DNA from: Actinomycetota bacterium
GTDB lineage: Bacteria > Actinomycetota > Acidimicrobiia > Acidimicrobiales > CADCSY01
Direction of reading: 5' to 3'
NCBI GenBank assembly: GCA_016781135.1
Contig: JADDQY010000035.1
Coordinates: 17,764 to 81,763, forward strand
DNA: 64,000 nt
Shown here: in pieces, positions 8,034 to 16,796 of the stretch
Layout of the letters: each line of letters begins with the position of its first letter
How positions within the stretch are numbered: the first letter of the stretch is position 1
The notes under the pieces: generated by a model
Database searches by the model: none
The model's input: the letters and a program-made list of their open reading frames with translations, nothing else
What the model was told of the DNA's origin: nothing
Translations under genes and position numbers: made by a program

Positions 8034-8768
8034 CTACGTCGTCGCCGTCTCCGGCGCCGTCGCCCCCTCGACCCTGTCGAGGCGCTGGCGGTAGAGGGCG
8101 GACATGGTGTCGTTGGCGGCCAGGATCGCCGGCAGCGCGTCGACGACCGCCGGCCACGACCGGCCGGGGATGGCGCTGTGGAGCTCTCCGTCGGCCAGCC
8201 CGGTGCTCATGCGGTTCCCGGCGCAGCCCAGGCTGAGGGCGGCCTCGCCGGTCTGCACGGCGAGCGGGAGCACGGCACAACCCGGCCGTCCCGTGGTCGG
8301 GACCGTCATGGGGGCCACCCCCGCCCGCAGCGCTGCTTCGTGGAGCAGCATCACCTGCGCCGGGGTCCCCGCCACCAGCACGACATCGGGAGCGAACGGC
8401 GCGTCGGCAGCCGGCGCGTAGGCGACGAACGCCGGGGCCTGCCACACGGTGGGGATCGAGGGCACCTCGGCAGGGTCGATGTAGCCAGCACCGGCCATCA
8501 CCGCCACGGTCTCGCCCAGCTCCGCCGCCCGGTCCTCGGGCAGGGGGATGCCGTGCACGTGGGCACCGATGACGCAGTGGTAGTGGTCGCCGGGCACGGT
8601 GTAGAAGGTCTGGCCTTGCCGCGCCTGGCGCCAGAAGGCGCAGCTGGCAGCGACCGGCCCGCCCGACCACGCCGGTACGCCCTCGGGCCGCTCGTCGAGG
8701 AAGCCGATGGCGACGGGGGAGCCGTCGAGGCCCAGTGCCGATTGGAGGTCGAACGGGCTGGTCGACAT
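8034..8768 (-). CDS. DUF169 domain protein
   Basis: 244 aa. Family recognised from overall pattern (PVAIGFL...CAFW...FYT...HYHC). SD GAAGGAG lies 4 nt upstream of the ATG. Confidence 0.7.
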   Translation of the reverse strand: MSTSPFDLQSALGLDGSPVAIGFLDERPEGVPAWSGGPVAASCAFWRQARQGQTFYTVPGDHYHCVIGAHVHGIPLPEDRAAELGETVAVMAGAGYIDPAEVPSIPTVWQAPAFVAYAPAADAPFAPDVVLVAGTPAQVMLLHEAALRAGVAPMTVPTTGRPGCAVLPLAVQTGEAALSLGCAGNRMSTGLADGELHSAIPGRSWPAVVDALPAILAANDTMSALYRQRLDRVEGATAPETATT

Positions 8769-8854
8769 GTTGCTCCTTCCGGTCGTCGCCCGGACAGCGG
8801 CAATGTACCGTCTCCCGAGCCCGCGCAGGAGGACCGCTCGATAGCCTCCGAGGA

Positions 8855-9730
8855 GTGGGCGCAGCCGGCGATGCCGCTCCCGGCCCCGAGGGGGTCGCCG
8901 TGCTCGCCGGGATGCGGGTGGGCGTCACCGCCGATCGGCGCTGGAAGGAGCAGGCCGACCTGTTGCGCCGCCGGGGTGCCGAGGTGCTCCACGGCCCCAC
9001 CCTGGTCACCGTCGACCTGTCCCTCGACGAGCCCCTCCGACAGGCCACCGCGGCGCTGGTCGACCAGCCACCCGACCTGGTCGTCGTCACCACCGGCTTC
9101 GGCTTGCGCCTGTGGCTCGAAGCCGCCGCCGCGTGGGGACTGGACGGCCAGCTCGAGGCGGCGCTGGGTGCCGGTGCCATCGTCGCCCGGGGCGCGAAGG
9201 CGGCGTCGGTGGTGCGAGGTGCTGGACTCCAGGTGTCGTGGCGGGCGCCGAGGGAGACCATGGACGAGGTCGTCGATCACGTCGCCGATGCTCACCCCCG
9301 GTGCCGGAGGGTGGCCCTGCAGCTGTTCGGTCCGGAGGTGCACCCGTCGACGGCGGCGCTGCGGGCCCTGGCCGGCGAGCTGGTGGAGGTTCCGGTCTAC
9401 CGGTGGCGCCTGCCCGACGACCCGGGGCCGGCTCAGCGGCTGGTCGAGGCCGCCGTCGCCGGCGAGCTCGAAGCCGTCACCTTCACCAGCCAGCCCTCGG
9501 TCCACCACCTGCTGCGCATCGCCGAGTCGATCGGGCAGGCGGACGCTCTGAGGGCCAGCTTCAACGGAGGCGTGCTGGCCGCCTGCGTGGGCCCGGTGTG
9601 CGCCGAGGCCGCCCGGGAGGAGGGCATCGAGCGCCCGGTGTGGCCCGAGCCGCCGCGCCTGGTGGCCATGGTCCGTCAGCTGACCGCGCTCCTCGAAGCC
9701 TCCCGAGCCCCGGAGCGCTCTGGCTCGTGA
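8855..9730 (+). CDS. uroporphyrinogen-III synthase (HemD)-like protein, stand-alone
   Basis: HemD-like LAGMRVGVTADRR, VVVTTGFG and AVTFTSQPSV. Start GTG 8855 (TAGCCT -10 is 7 nt upstream) or ATG 8912. Confidence 0.7.
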   Translation: MGAAGDAAPGPEGVAVLAGMRVGVTADRRWKEQADLLRRRGAEVLHGPTLVTVDLSLDEPLRQATAALVDQPPDLVVVTTGFGLRLWLEAAAAWGLDGQLEAALGAGAIVARGAKAASVVRGAGLQVSWRAPRETMDEVVDHVADAHPRCRRVALQLFGPEVHPSTAALRALAGELVEVPVYRWRLPDDPGPAQRLVEAAVAGELEAVTFTSQPSVHHLLRIAESIGQADALRASFNGGVLAACVGPVCAEAAREEGIERPVWPEPPRLVAMVRQLTALLEASRAPERSGS

Positions 9731-9732
9731 GA

Positions 9733-9761
9733 TTGTGAAGGCGAGCACATCGTCCTACGAT
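9733..9761 (+). promoter_or_regulatory. candidate rex promoter (TTGTGA-17-TACGAT) overlapped by a Rex-operator-like site TTGTGAAGGCGAGCACAT
   Basis: 11 of 14 matches to the Rex consensus TTGTGAA-N4-TTCACAA. The -10 TACGAT lies 6 nt before GTG 9768, which implies a leaderless transcript. Confidence 0.45.
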
Positions 9762-9767
9762 GGCCGG

Positions 9768-10529
9768 GTGACGGCCCGACGCCCCCGCCGCCGCATCCCC
9801 GAGGCGACCGTAGCCCGGTTGCCGGTCTACTTGCGCAGCTTGCTCGAGCTCACCGGCACCGACACCGCCACCATCTCCTCGGAACGGCTGGCGGAGATGG
9901 CCGGGGTCAACGCCGCCAAGGTCCGCAAGGACCTCTCCTACCTCGGGTCCTACGGAACGCGGGGAGTCGGCTACGACGTCGAGTACCTGCTGTTCCAGAT
10001 GAGCCGCGAGCTCGGGTGCACCCAGGACTGGCCGGTCATCATCGTCGGCGTGGGCAACCTCGGCCATGCCCTGGCCAACTACCGGGGCTTCGCCGACCGC
10101 GGGTTCCCCGTCGGGGCCCTGGTCGACGCCGACCCGGCCAAGGTGGGGGAGCGGGTGGGCGGCCTGGTGATCCGCGGCATCGAGGAGCTGCCCACCATCG
10201 CGGCCGAGCTGGGCACCTGCATCGGGATCGTGGCCACTCCCGCTCAGGTCGCCCAGGAGGTGGCTGACCGGCTCGTCGCCGCCGGGGTCAGCTCGATCCT
10301 CAACTTCGCTCCCGCCGTGGTCAACGTCCCTCCCGACGTCTCCCTGCGCAAGGTCGATCTCGCCATCGAGCTGCAGATCCTGAGCTTCTACCAGCAGCGG
10401 CGGGCGCCGCTGGCGGCCAAGGTCGCTCTGCCCCCGTCCCCGTCGGTGCCGGCGCCGGCCACCGGAGACGTCCGGGCGCCCGGCGTGGTGCCGGCGGCCC
10501 TGGCGGCCACCGGCGAGACGTCGAGCTGA
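9768..10529 (+). CDS. rex: redox-sensing transcriptional repressor Rex
   Basis: IPEATVARLPVYLRSL, NAAKVRKDLSYLGSYGTRGVGY, and Rossmann VGVGNLGHALANY. The track start is 9735, but GTG 9768 is preferred on promoter geometry. Confidence 0.85.
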   Translation: MTARRPRRRIPEATVARLPVYLRSLLELTGTDTATISSERLAEMAGVNAAKVRKDLSYLGSYGTRGVGYDVEYLLFQMSRELGCTQDWPVIIVGVGNLGHALANYRGFADRGFPVGALVDADPAKVGERVGGLVIRGIEELPTIAAELGTCIGIVATPAQVAQEVADRLVAAGVSSILNFAPAVVNVPPDVSLRKVDLAIELQILSFYQQRRAPLAAKVALPPSPSVPAPATGDVRAPGVVPAALAATGETSS

Positions 10530-10655
10530 ACGCCGTCCTCTCGTGGGTGTCGATCCCTGCTCCATCCCCTTGACTTGGCAGCGGGACGCCGGTTCGGGGA
10601 TGCTGGGCCGGCACGGCCCGGCCTGCGAAGCCGGAGGAAGGAAGCGCGTGGCCAC

Positions 10656-11906
10656 GTGTCGGTGATCGTCGTCGGGCTCAACCACCGGTGTGTCCCGCTT
10701 CCTCTCCTCGAGCGGATGACCGTCTCGCGCCAGCAGATCCCCAAGGCGCTCCACGACCTGCGCGGCCGAGACGACGTGACCGAGGCGGTGGTGCTGTCCA
10801 CCTGCAACCGCACCGAGATCTACGCCCACGCCGAGCGGTTCCACGGCGCCGTGGGCGACATCCGCGACTTCCTCTCGGAGCTGAGCTCGTTGCCGCCGGA
10901 GGACTTCGCCGACCATCTGTACCAGTTCCACGACGCCGGCGCGGTGGCGCACCTGTTCACCGTGGCTGCCGGGGTCGACTCCGCCGTGCTCGGGGAGAGC
11001 GAGATCCTCAGCCAGGTCAAGGGGGCCTGGGAGGTCGCCAGCGCCGAGGGGGCCACCGGCCCGGTGCTCAACATGTTGTTCCGCCACGCCCTCGAGGTGG
11101 GCAAGCGGGTGCGCAGCGAAACCGCCATCTCCCGCCACATCACCTCGGTGTCGCAGGCCGCCGTCGCTCTCGCCGAGGAACGGCTGGGGTCGCTCGAGGG
11201 TCGGCGGGTGCTCGTCCTCGGCGCCGGCGACACCGGCGGGGGGATGGTGGCGTCGCTCGCCGAGGCCGGGGTCCGTGACGTGCTGGTGGCCAACCGCACC
11301 TGGGAGCGGGCCGAAGCCCTGGCCCAGCGGGTCGGAGGCAGGGCCGTTCGCCTGGTCGACGTGCCCGCCACCCTCGCCGAGGCCGACCTGCTGCTCACCT
11401 CCACCGGGGCGGCGTCGGTCCTGGTCGACCACGGCGATCTCGAGCCGGTGGTCGCCGCCCGAGGCGGTCGGCCGCTGCTCATCGTCGACGTGGCCGTGCC
11501 CCGTGACGTCGATCCCGGCGCCGCCGACCTGCCCGGCGTGACCCTCCTCGACATGGACGACCTGCGGGCCTTCGCCGAACGGGGCCTGTCGGAGCGCCGC
11601 CGGGAGGTGACGAGGGCCCGCGACCTGATCGACGACGAGGTGTCCCGCTACCGGGAGGCCCTCACCACCCGTCAGGTCGCCCCGTTGGTCACGGCCCTGC
11701 GGGCGCGGGTCGACGAGCTGCGGGCCGCCGAGGTCGACCGCCAGGGCCGGCGCCTCGACCCGGCCCAGCGCGACGCCGTCGATGCCGTCACCCGGGCCGT
11801 CGTGGCCAAGCTGTTGCACCAGCCCACGGTGCGGCTCAAGGACGCGGCCGGCAGCCTGCGGGGCGAGCGCCTGGCCGAGGCCCTGCGCGACCTGTTCGAC
11901 CTGTAG
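10656..11906 (+). CDS. hemA: glutamyl-tRNA reductase
   Basis: VSVIVVGLNHR start (GTG 10656), STCNRTEIYA active-site Cys, GAGDTGG NADPH site. The 5' part of the track ORF is discounted. Confidence 0.9.
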   Translation: MSVIVVGLNHRCVPLPLLERMTVSRQQIPKALHDLRGRDDVTEAVVLSTCNRTEIYAHAERFHGAVGDIRDFLSELSSLPPEDFADHLYQFHDAGAVAHLFTVAAGVDSAVLGESEILSQVKGAWEVASAEGATGPVLNMLFRHALEVGKRVRSETAISRHITSVSQAAVALAEERLGSLEGRRVLVLGAGDTGGGMVASLAEAGVRDVLVANRTWERAEALAQRVGGRAVRLVDVPATLAEADLLLTSTGAASVLVDHGDLEPVVAARGGRPLLIVDVAVPRDVDPGAADLPGVTLLDMDDLRAFAERGLSERRREVTRARDLIDDEVSRYREALTTRQVAPLVTALRARVDELRAAEVDRQGRRLDPAQRDAVDAVTRAVVAKLLHQPTVRLKDAAGSLRGERLAEALRDLFDL

Positions 11907-11957
11907 GGGCCGGACGGGGACCGCCTGGCTTCCTTTCGGGCATCGGCGCCTCCTACC

Positions 11958-12905
11958 GTGGGCTCGGTGGGCGGTCGCATCGCCATCGCCACCCGCGGGA
12001 GCCCGCTGGCCCGCTGGCAAGCCGGCCACGTCGCCGCCCTGCTCCGAGCGGTCCACGCCGGCCTCGGCGTCGACCTGGTCGTCGTCGAGACCTTCGGTGA
12101 CCGGGCCCTCGATCGCCACATCTGGGAGCTGGGGGGCCAGGGAGCGTTCGTCAAGGAGGTGCAGGCGGCCGTGCTCGACGGGCGGGCCGACGTGGCCGTG
12201 CACTCGGCGAAGGACCTTCCGTCGAACCCGGCGCTGGCCACGCCGGGCCTGGTGATCGCTGCCGTCCCCGAGCGGGGCGACCCTCGCGACGCGCTCGTGG
12301 GCCGGGCGCTCGAGCAGGTCCCACCCGGAGGCGTGATCGCCACCGGCTCCACCCGGAGACGGGCGCAGCTCGCCGACGTGCGCCCCGACCTCACCTTCAT
12401 CGGGCTCCGGGGCAACATCGACACCCGCCTGGCCGCAGCCCCGCGCTTCTCGGCGATCGTGGTCGCCGCCACCGCCCTCGCCCGCCTCGACCACCACGGG
12501 TACGCCGCCGAGGTGCTGTCGCCCGAGACCATGGTGCCCCAGGTCGGCCAGGGGGCGTTGGCGGTCGAGTGCCGGGTCGACGACCCCGCCACCCGGGCGC
12601 TGCTGGCGCCGGTCGACCACCTTCCCACTCACCGGGCCCTCGCCGCCGAGCGAGGGTTCCTGGCCACGCTCGGAGGTGGCTGCGAGCTCCCGGCTGGGGC
12701 CTACGCCGTCGAGGGCGCCGACGGCCAGCTGTGGATGCGAGCGGTGCTGGCCACCCTCGACGGTCGCCAGGTGTTGCGCGACCAGGTCGTGGTCCCTGCC
12801 GCCGACGACCCCGCCCAGGCCGGCCGGCACCTGGGCGAGCGCCTCTTGTCGTCGGGCGGCGGCCATCTCCTGCTCGCCGAGCTGGGGCGAGCACCAGCGC
12901 CGTGA
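11958..12905 (+). CDS. hemC: hydroxymethylbilane synthase (porphobilinogen deaminase)
   Basis: 315 aa. IATRGSPLARWQA, HSAKDLP, RGNIDTRL and GGCELP. Confidence 0.9.
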   Translation: MGSVGGRIAIATRGSPLARWQAGHVAALLRAVHAGLGVDLVVVETFGDRALDRHIWELGGQGAFVKEVQAAVLDGRADVAVHSAKDLPSNPALATPGLVIAAVPERGDPRDALVGRALEQVPPGGVIATGSTRRRAQLADVRPDLTFIGLRGNIDTRLAAAPRFSAIVVAATALARLDHHGYAAEVLSPETMVPQVGQGALAVECRVDDPATRALLAPVDHLPTHRALAAERGFLATLGGGCELPAGAYAVEGADGQLWMRAVLATLDGRQVLRDQVVVPAADDPAQAGRHLGERLLSSGGGHLLLAELGRAPAP

Positions 12906-12945
12906 CGGCCGCAGTGAGCCGGACGACGACCGGGCGAGAGCGACG

Positions 12946-14463
12946 ATGACCGTCTACCTCGTTGGGGCCGGGCCAGGGGACCCGGGGCTGCTCACCGTGC
13001 GGGGGGCCGAGGTGCTGGCCGGCGCCGACGTGGTGGTGCACGACCGGCTGTCGGTCGCCTCGCTGCTCGAGCTCGCCCCTCCCTCGGCCGAGCGCATCGG
13101 GGTGGGCAAGACCCCCCGGGGCCCGAGCACGTCCCAGGAGGAGATCAACGCCCTGCTGGTGGCCAAGGGAAGCGCCGGGCTCGAGGTCGTGCGCCTGAAG
13201 GGCGGTGACCCCTTCGTGTTCGCTCGGGGCGCGGAGGAAGCGGCGGCGCTGGCGGCGGCAGGCGTCGCCTTCGAGGTGGTGCCCGGGGTCACCTCGGCCG
13301 TGGCCGTGCCCGCCTACGCCGGGGTGCCCCTCACCGCTCGGGGGCTGGCGACCTCGTTCACCGTGGTCACCGGCCACGGTGACGGGCTCGGGGCCACGCC
13401 CACCGACTGGGAGGCGGTGGCCCAGGTCGGAGGGACGGTCGTGGTGCTCATGGGCGTGGCCACCAGGGGCGAGATCGCCCGGCGCCTGCTGTCCGGAGGT
13501 CTGGCGCCGTCCACCCCCGTGGCCTCGGTGCGCTGGGGTACCCGACCCGAGCAACGCACGGTGCGCACGACGCTCGCTGCGCTCGGCGACGCCGACCTCG
13601 AGCCACCGGCGGTGATCGTCATCGGCGACGTCGCCGCCCTCGACCTGGCGTGGTACGAGCGGCTGGCCCTGTTCGGCCGGACCGTGGTGATCACCCGGCC
13701 CCGGCACCAGACGGCGGCCCTCACCCGGCGCCTCCAACGGCTCGGCGCGGCCACGATCGCGCTCCCCACCATCGAGATCGACGAGCCCGCCGATGGAGGA
13801 GCGGCGTTGCGGGCCGCGGCTGCGTCGGTTGGGTCCTACGACTGGGTGGTGTTCACCTCGGCCAACGCCGTCGAGCGCTTCCTCCCCCTGCTGCGCGACG
13901 CGCGGGCCTTCGGTCCGGCGCGGGTTGCGGCCATCGGCCCGGGTACCGCCCAAGCGCTGGCCGAGGCCCGAGTGGTGGCCGACGTGGTACCCGAGCGCTT
14001 CGTCGCCGAGGGGCTGCTCGATGCCCTACCGCCACCGCCACCGCCCGCCTCGGCCGGTCGGGGGCGGGGCCGGGTGCTCCTGCCTCGGGCCGCGGTCGCC
14101 CGTGACGTGCTGCCCGACGGGTTGCGGGCGGCGGGCTGGGACGTCGACGTGGTCGAGGCCTACCGCACACGTCCCGCCCGCCCACCGCCCGAGGCGCTGG
14201 CCGCGGTGGCTCGCGCCGACGCCATCGCCTTCACCTCCTCGTCGACGGTCACCAGCTTCGTCGAGGTGGCCGGCCCCGACGCCGTGCCGCCGGTGGTGGT
14301 CTGCATCGGTCCCGTCACCGCCGCCAGCGCTCGCCGCCTCGGGCTCACCGTCGCCGTCGAGGCCGCTGTGCACACCCTCGACGGGCTGGTCGACGCGCTG
14401 GTGGCGGCGCTGGCGCCCACACGCCAGGCAACGGTCGTCGGCCGGGAGGAGGCGTCGCCGTAG
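12946..14463 (+). CDS. bifunctional uroporphyrinogen-III C-methyltransferase / uroporphyrinogen-III synthase
   Basis: 505 aa from ATG 12946. N-terminal CobA domain VYLVGAGPGDPGLLT, RLKGGDPFVF. C-terminal HemD domain VVITRPRHQ...VVFTSANAV...IAFTSSSTV. Confidence 0.85.
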   Translation: MTVYLVGAGPGDPGLLTVRGAEVLAGADVVVHDRLSVASLLELAPPSAERIGVGKTPRGPSTSQEEINALLVAKGSAGLEVVRLKGGDPFVFARGAEEAAALAAAGVAFEVVPGVTSAVAVPAYAGVPLTARGLATSFTVVTGHGDGLGATPTDWEAVAQVGGTVVVLMGVATRGEIARRLLSGGLAPSTPVASVRWGTRPEQRTVRTTLAALGDADLEPPAVIVIGDVAALDLAWYERLALFGRTVVITRPRHQTAALTRRLQRLGAATIALPTIEIDEPADGGAALRAAAASVGSYDWVVFTSANAVERFLPLLRDARAFGPARVAAIGPGTAQALAEARVVADVVPERFVAEGLLDALPPPPPPASAGRGRGRVLLPRAAVARDVLPDGLRAAGWDVDVVEAYRTRPARPPPEALAAVARADAIAFTSSSTVTSFVEVAGPDAVPPVVVCIGPVTAASARRLGLTVAVEAAVHTLDGLVDALVAALAPTRQATVVGREEASP

Positions 14464-14472
14464 GCTGGCCGG

Positions 14473-15450
14473 GTGAGCTACCCGGCCCGACGCCCCCGCC
14501 GGCTGCGGCGCACGCCGGCGCTGCGGCGCCTGGTCGCCGAGTCCCGCCTGTCGGTCGACGACCTGGTGGCGCCGTTGTTCGTGCGGGAGGGCATCGACGA
14601 GCCGCAGCCGGTCCCGTCGCTTCCCGGGGTCGTGCAGCACACGCGAGAGTCGTTGCGCAAGGAGGTCGCTCGCCTCGCCGACCTCGGCCTGCCCGCGGTG
14701 ATGCTCTTCGGTGTCCCCGAGGCCAAGGACCCCGAGGGCACCGGCGCGTGGGATCCCGAGGGCGTCGCCCAGGCGGCGCTGCGCGACCTGCGCCACGAGG
14801 TGGGTGACGCCGTGGTGCTGATGGCCGACCTGTGCCTCGACGAGTACACCGACCACGGCCACTGCGGGGTGGTAGCGGGCGACGGCACCGTCGACAACGA
14901 CGCCACCCTCGAGCGCTACGCCCGCGTGGCCCGGGCTCAAGCCGAGGCCGGAGCCGACGTCGTCGCCCCCAGCGGGATGATGGACGGCCAGGTGGCCGCC
15001 GTGCGCCGGGCCCTGGACGAGGCCGGCCGCCCCGAGGTGGCCATCCTGGCCTACGCGGCGAAGTACTCCTCGGCCCTGTACGGGCCGTTCCGGGACGCCG
15101 TGGGCGTGAGCATTGCCGGCGGCGGGGACCGGCGCTCCTATCAGCAGGACCTCCGCAACCGGCGTGAGGCCCTGGTCGAGGTGGCTCTCGACGTGGAGGA
15201 GGGCGCCGACGTGGTGATGGTCAAGCCGGCGCTGGCGTGCCTCGACGTCATCGCTGCGGTGAGGTCCTCGGTGGACATCCCGGTCGCCGCGTACCACGTG
15301 TCGGGTGAGTACGCCATGGTCAAGGCGGCCGACGAGCGGGGCTGGATCGACGGGCGGGCGGTCGCCGTGGAACAGCTGGCAGCGGTGAAGCGGGCCGGGG
15401 CCGACGTGATCGTCACCTACTTCGCCGCCGAGGTCGCCGAGTCGCTGTGA
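14473..15450 (+). CDS. hemB: porphobilinogen synthase (delta-aminolevulinate dehydratase)
   Basis: 325 aa. RRLRRTPALRRLV, PLFV, VAPSGMMDGQV and VMVKPA (Schiff-base Lys region). Confidence 0.9.
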   Translation: MSYPARRPRRLRRTPALRRLVAESRLSVDDLVAPLFVREGIDEPQPVPSLPGVVQHTRESLRKEVARLADLGLPAVMLFGVPEAKDPEGTGAWDPEGVAQAALRDLRHEVGDAVVLMADLCLDEYTDHGHCGVVAGDGTVDNDATLERYARVARAQAEAGADVVAPSGMMDGQVAAVRRALDEAGRPEVAILAYAAKYSSALYGPFRDAVGVSIAGGGDRRSYQQDLRNRREALVEVALDVEEGADVVMVKPALACLDVIAAVRSSVDIPVAAYHVSGEYAMVKAADERGWIDGRAVAVEQLAAVKRAGADVIVTYFAAEVAESL

Positions 15451-16796
15451 GCGACGCCACCACCAACGCCGGTCTGTTCGAGCGGGCGCAACGGCGCATC
15501 CCCGGCGGGGTCAACTCGCCGGTGCGGGCGTTCCACTCGGTCGGCGGCACCCCGTACTTCGTGGGTCGGGCCGAGGGCGCATGGGTGTGGGACGTGGAGG
15601 GACGGCGCTACCTCGACTACGTGCAGAGCTATGGCGCGTCGATCCTCGGTCACGCCCATCCGAAGGTGGTGGAGTCGGTGAGGGAGGCCGCTCGCGCCGG
15701 CACCACCTACGGTGCGCCCACCGAGGGCGAGGTGCTCCTGGCCGAGCAGCTGTGCGAACGGGTCCCCGGCCTGGACATGGTCCGCCTGGTCTCGAGCGGC
15801 ACCGAAGCGACGATGTCGGCCGTCCGCCTGGCCCGGGGTGCCACCGGGCGCACCAAGGTGGTGAAGTTCGCCGGCTGCTACCACGGCCACAGTGACGCCC
15901 TGCTGGCCGCCGGGGGCAGCGGGGTGGCCGACCAGGGCCTCGCCGATTCCGCCGGCGTGACCGCGGGTGCGGTCGCCGACACCGTGGTCGCTCCCTACAA
16001 CCGGGTCCCCGAGCTCGACGCCGACGTCGCCGTGGTCGTGGTCGAGCCGGTCGCCGCCAACATGGGCCTGGTACCGCCGGTTCCGGGGTTCCTCGAGGGC
16101 CTACGGGCGGCGTGCGACGCCGCCGGCGCGCTGTTGTGCTTCGACGAGGTCATCACCGGCTTTCGCGTCGGGCTGGGTGGAGCGAGCCGTCGCTTCGGGG
16201 TGCAGCCCGACCTGTGGTGCTTCGGCAAGGTGATCGGAGGCGGCCTGCCGCTCGGTGCCTTCGGCGGCCGCCAGGTGGTGATGGAGCAGCTGGCGCCGCT
16301 CGGGCCCGTGTACCAGGCCGGCACGTTGTCGGGGAACCCCCTCGCCACCGCCGCCGGCCTGGCCGTGCTCGGCGAGCTCGACGCCGCCGCCTACACCATG
16401 CTCGACGGGCGGGCGGGCGAGCTGGCGGCCATGCTGGAGGCGGTGGTCGCCGACGCCGGCCTGCCCGTGCAGGTGCCCCGGCTCGGTCCCCTGGTGGGCC
16501 TGTTCTTCTCCGAGTCGCCGGTCGCCGACTACGACGAGGCCCGGGTGGCCGCCGAGAACGGCATCTACCGCCGTTTCTTCCGGGCGATGCTCGACCGGGG
16601 GGTGGCGCTCGCTCCGGGCCCCTACGAGGCCGTGTTCCCGAGCCTGGCCCACGGGCGCGACGACCTCGAGCGCACGGCCGACCTCGCCGCCGCCGCCGCC
16701 GCCGAGGTCGGGGGTGGGGACGGGCCCGAGGGGGAAGGGCTGCGACGATGGAAACCGCTCCAGCCCTCTCCCGGCGCGCTCCAGCCACGGCCATGA
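15447..16796 (+). CDS. hemL: glutamate-1-semialdehyde 2,1-aminomutase
   Basis: 449 aa. IPGGVNSPVRAF, SGTEATMSAVRLARG, FDEVITGFR and CFGKVIGGGLP (PLP Lys). GTGA-type overlap with hemB. The C-terminal roughly 30 aa is a low-complexity tail. Confidence 0.9.
   Translation: MSDATTNAGLFERAQRRIPGGVNSPVRAFHSVGGTPYFVGRAEGAWVWDVEGRRYLDYVQSYGASILGHAHPKVVESVREAARAGTTYGAPTEGEVLLAEQLCERVPGLDMVRLVSSGTEATMSAVRLARGATGRTKVVKFAGCYHGHSDALLAAGGSGVADQGLADSAGVTAGAVADTVVAPYNRVPELDADVAVVVVEPVAANMGLVPPVPGFLEGLRAACDAAGALLCFDEVITGFRVGLGGASRRFGVQPDLWCFGKVIGGGLPLGAFGGRQVVMEQLAPLGPVYQAGTLSGNPLATAAGLAVLGELDAAAYTMLDGRAGELAAMLEAVVADAGLPVQVPRLGPLVGLFFSESPVADYDEARVAAENGIYRRFFRAMLDRGVALAPGPYEAVFPSLAHGRDDLERTADLAAAAAAEVGGGDGPEGEGLRRWKPLQPSPGALQPRP

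Noticed and set aside
9561-12866. 1101-aa minus-strand ORF, plus similar giants: 52004..54871 (-), 20776..22839 (-), 56862..59066 (-), 16112..18334 N-terminal part and 41511..44981 N-terminal part
   Set aside because: These ORFs run antisense or off-frame to well-supported genes (rex/hemA/hemC, nuoL2, pgl/reductase, nuoN2/midA, hemL, nuoL). Their products are Arg/Pro/Gly-rich and low-complexity. Long stop-free frames are expected at this GC content.
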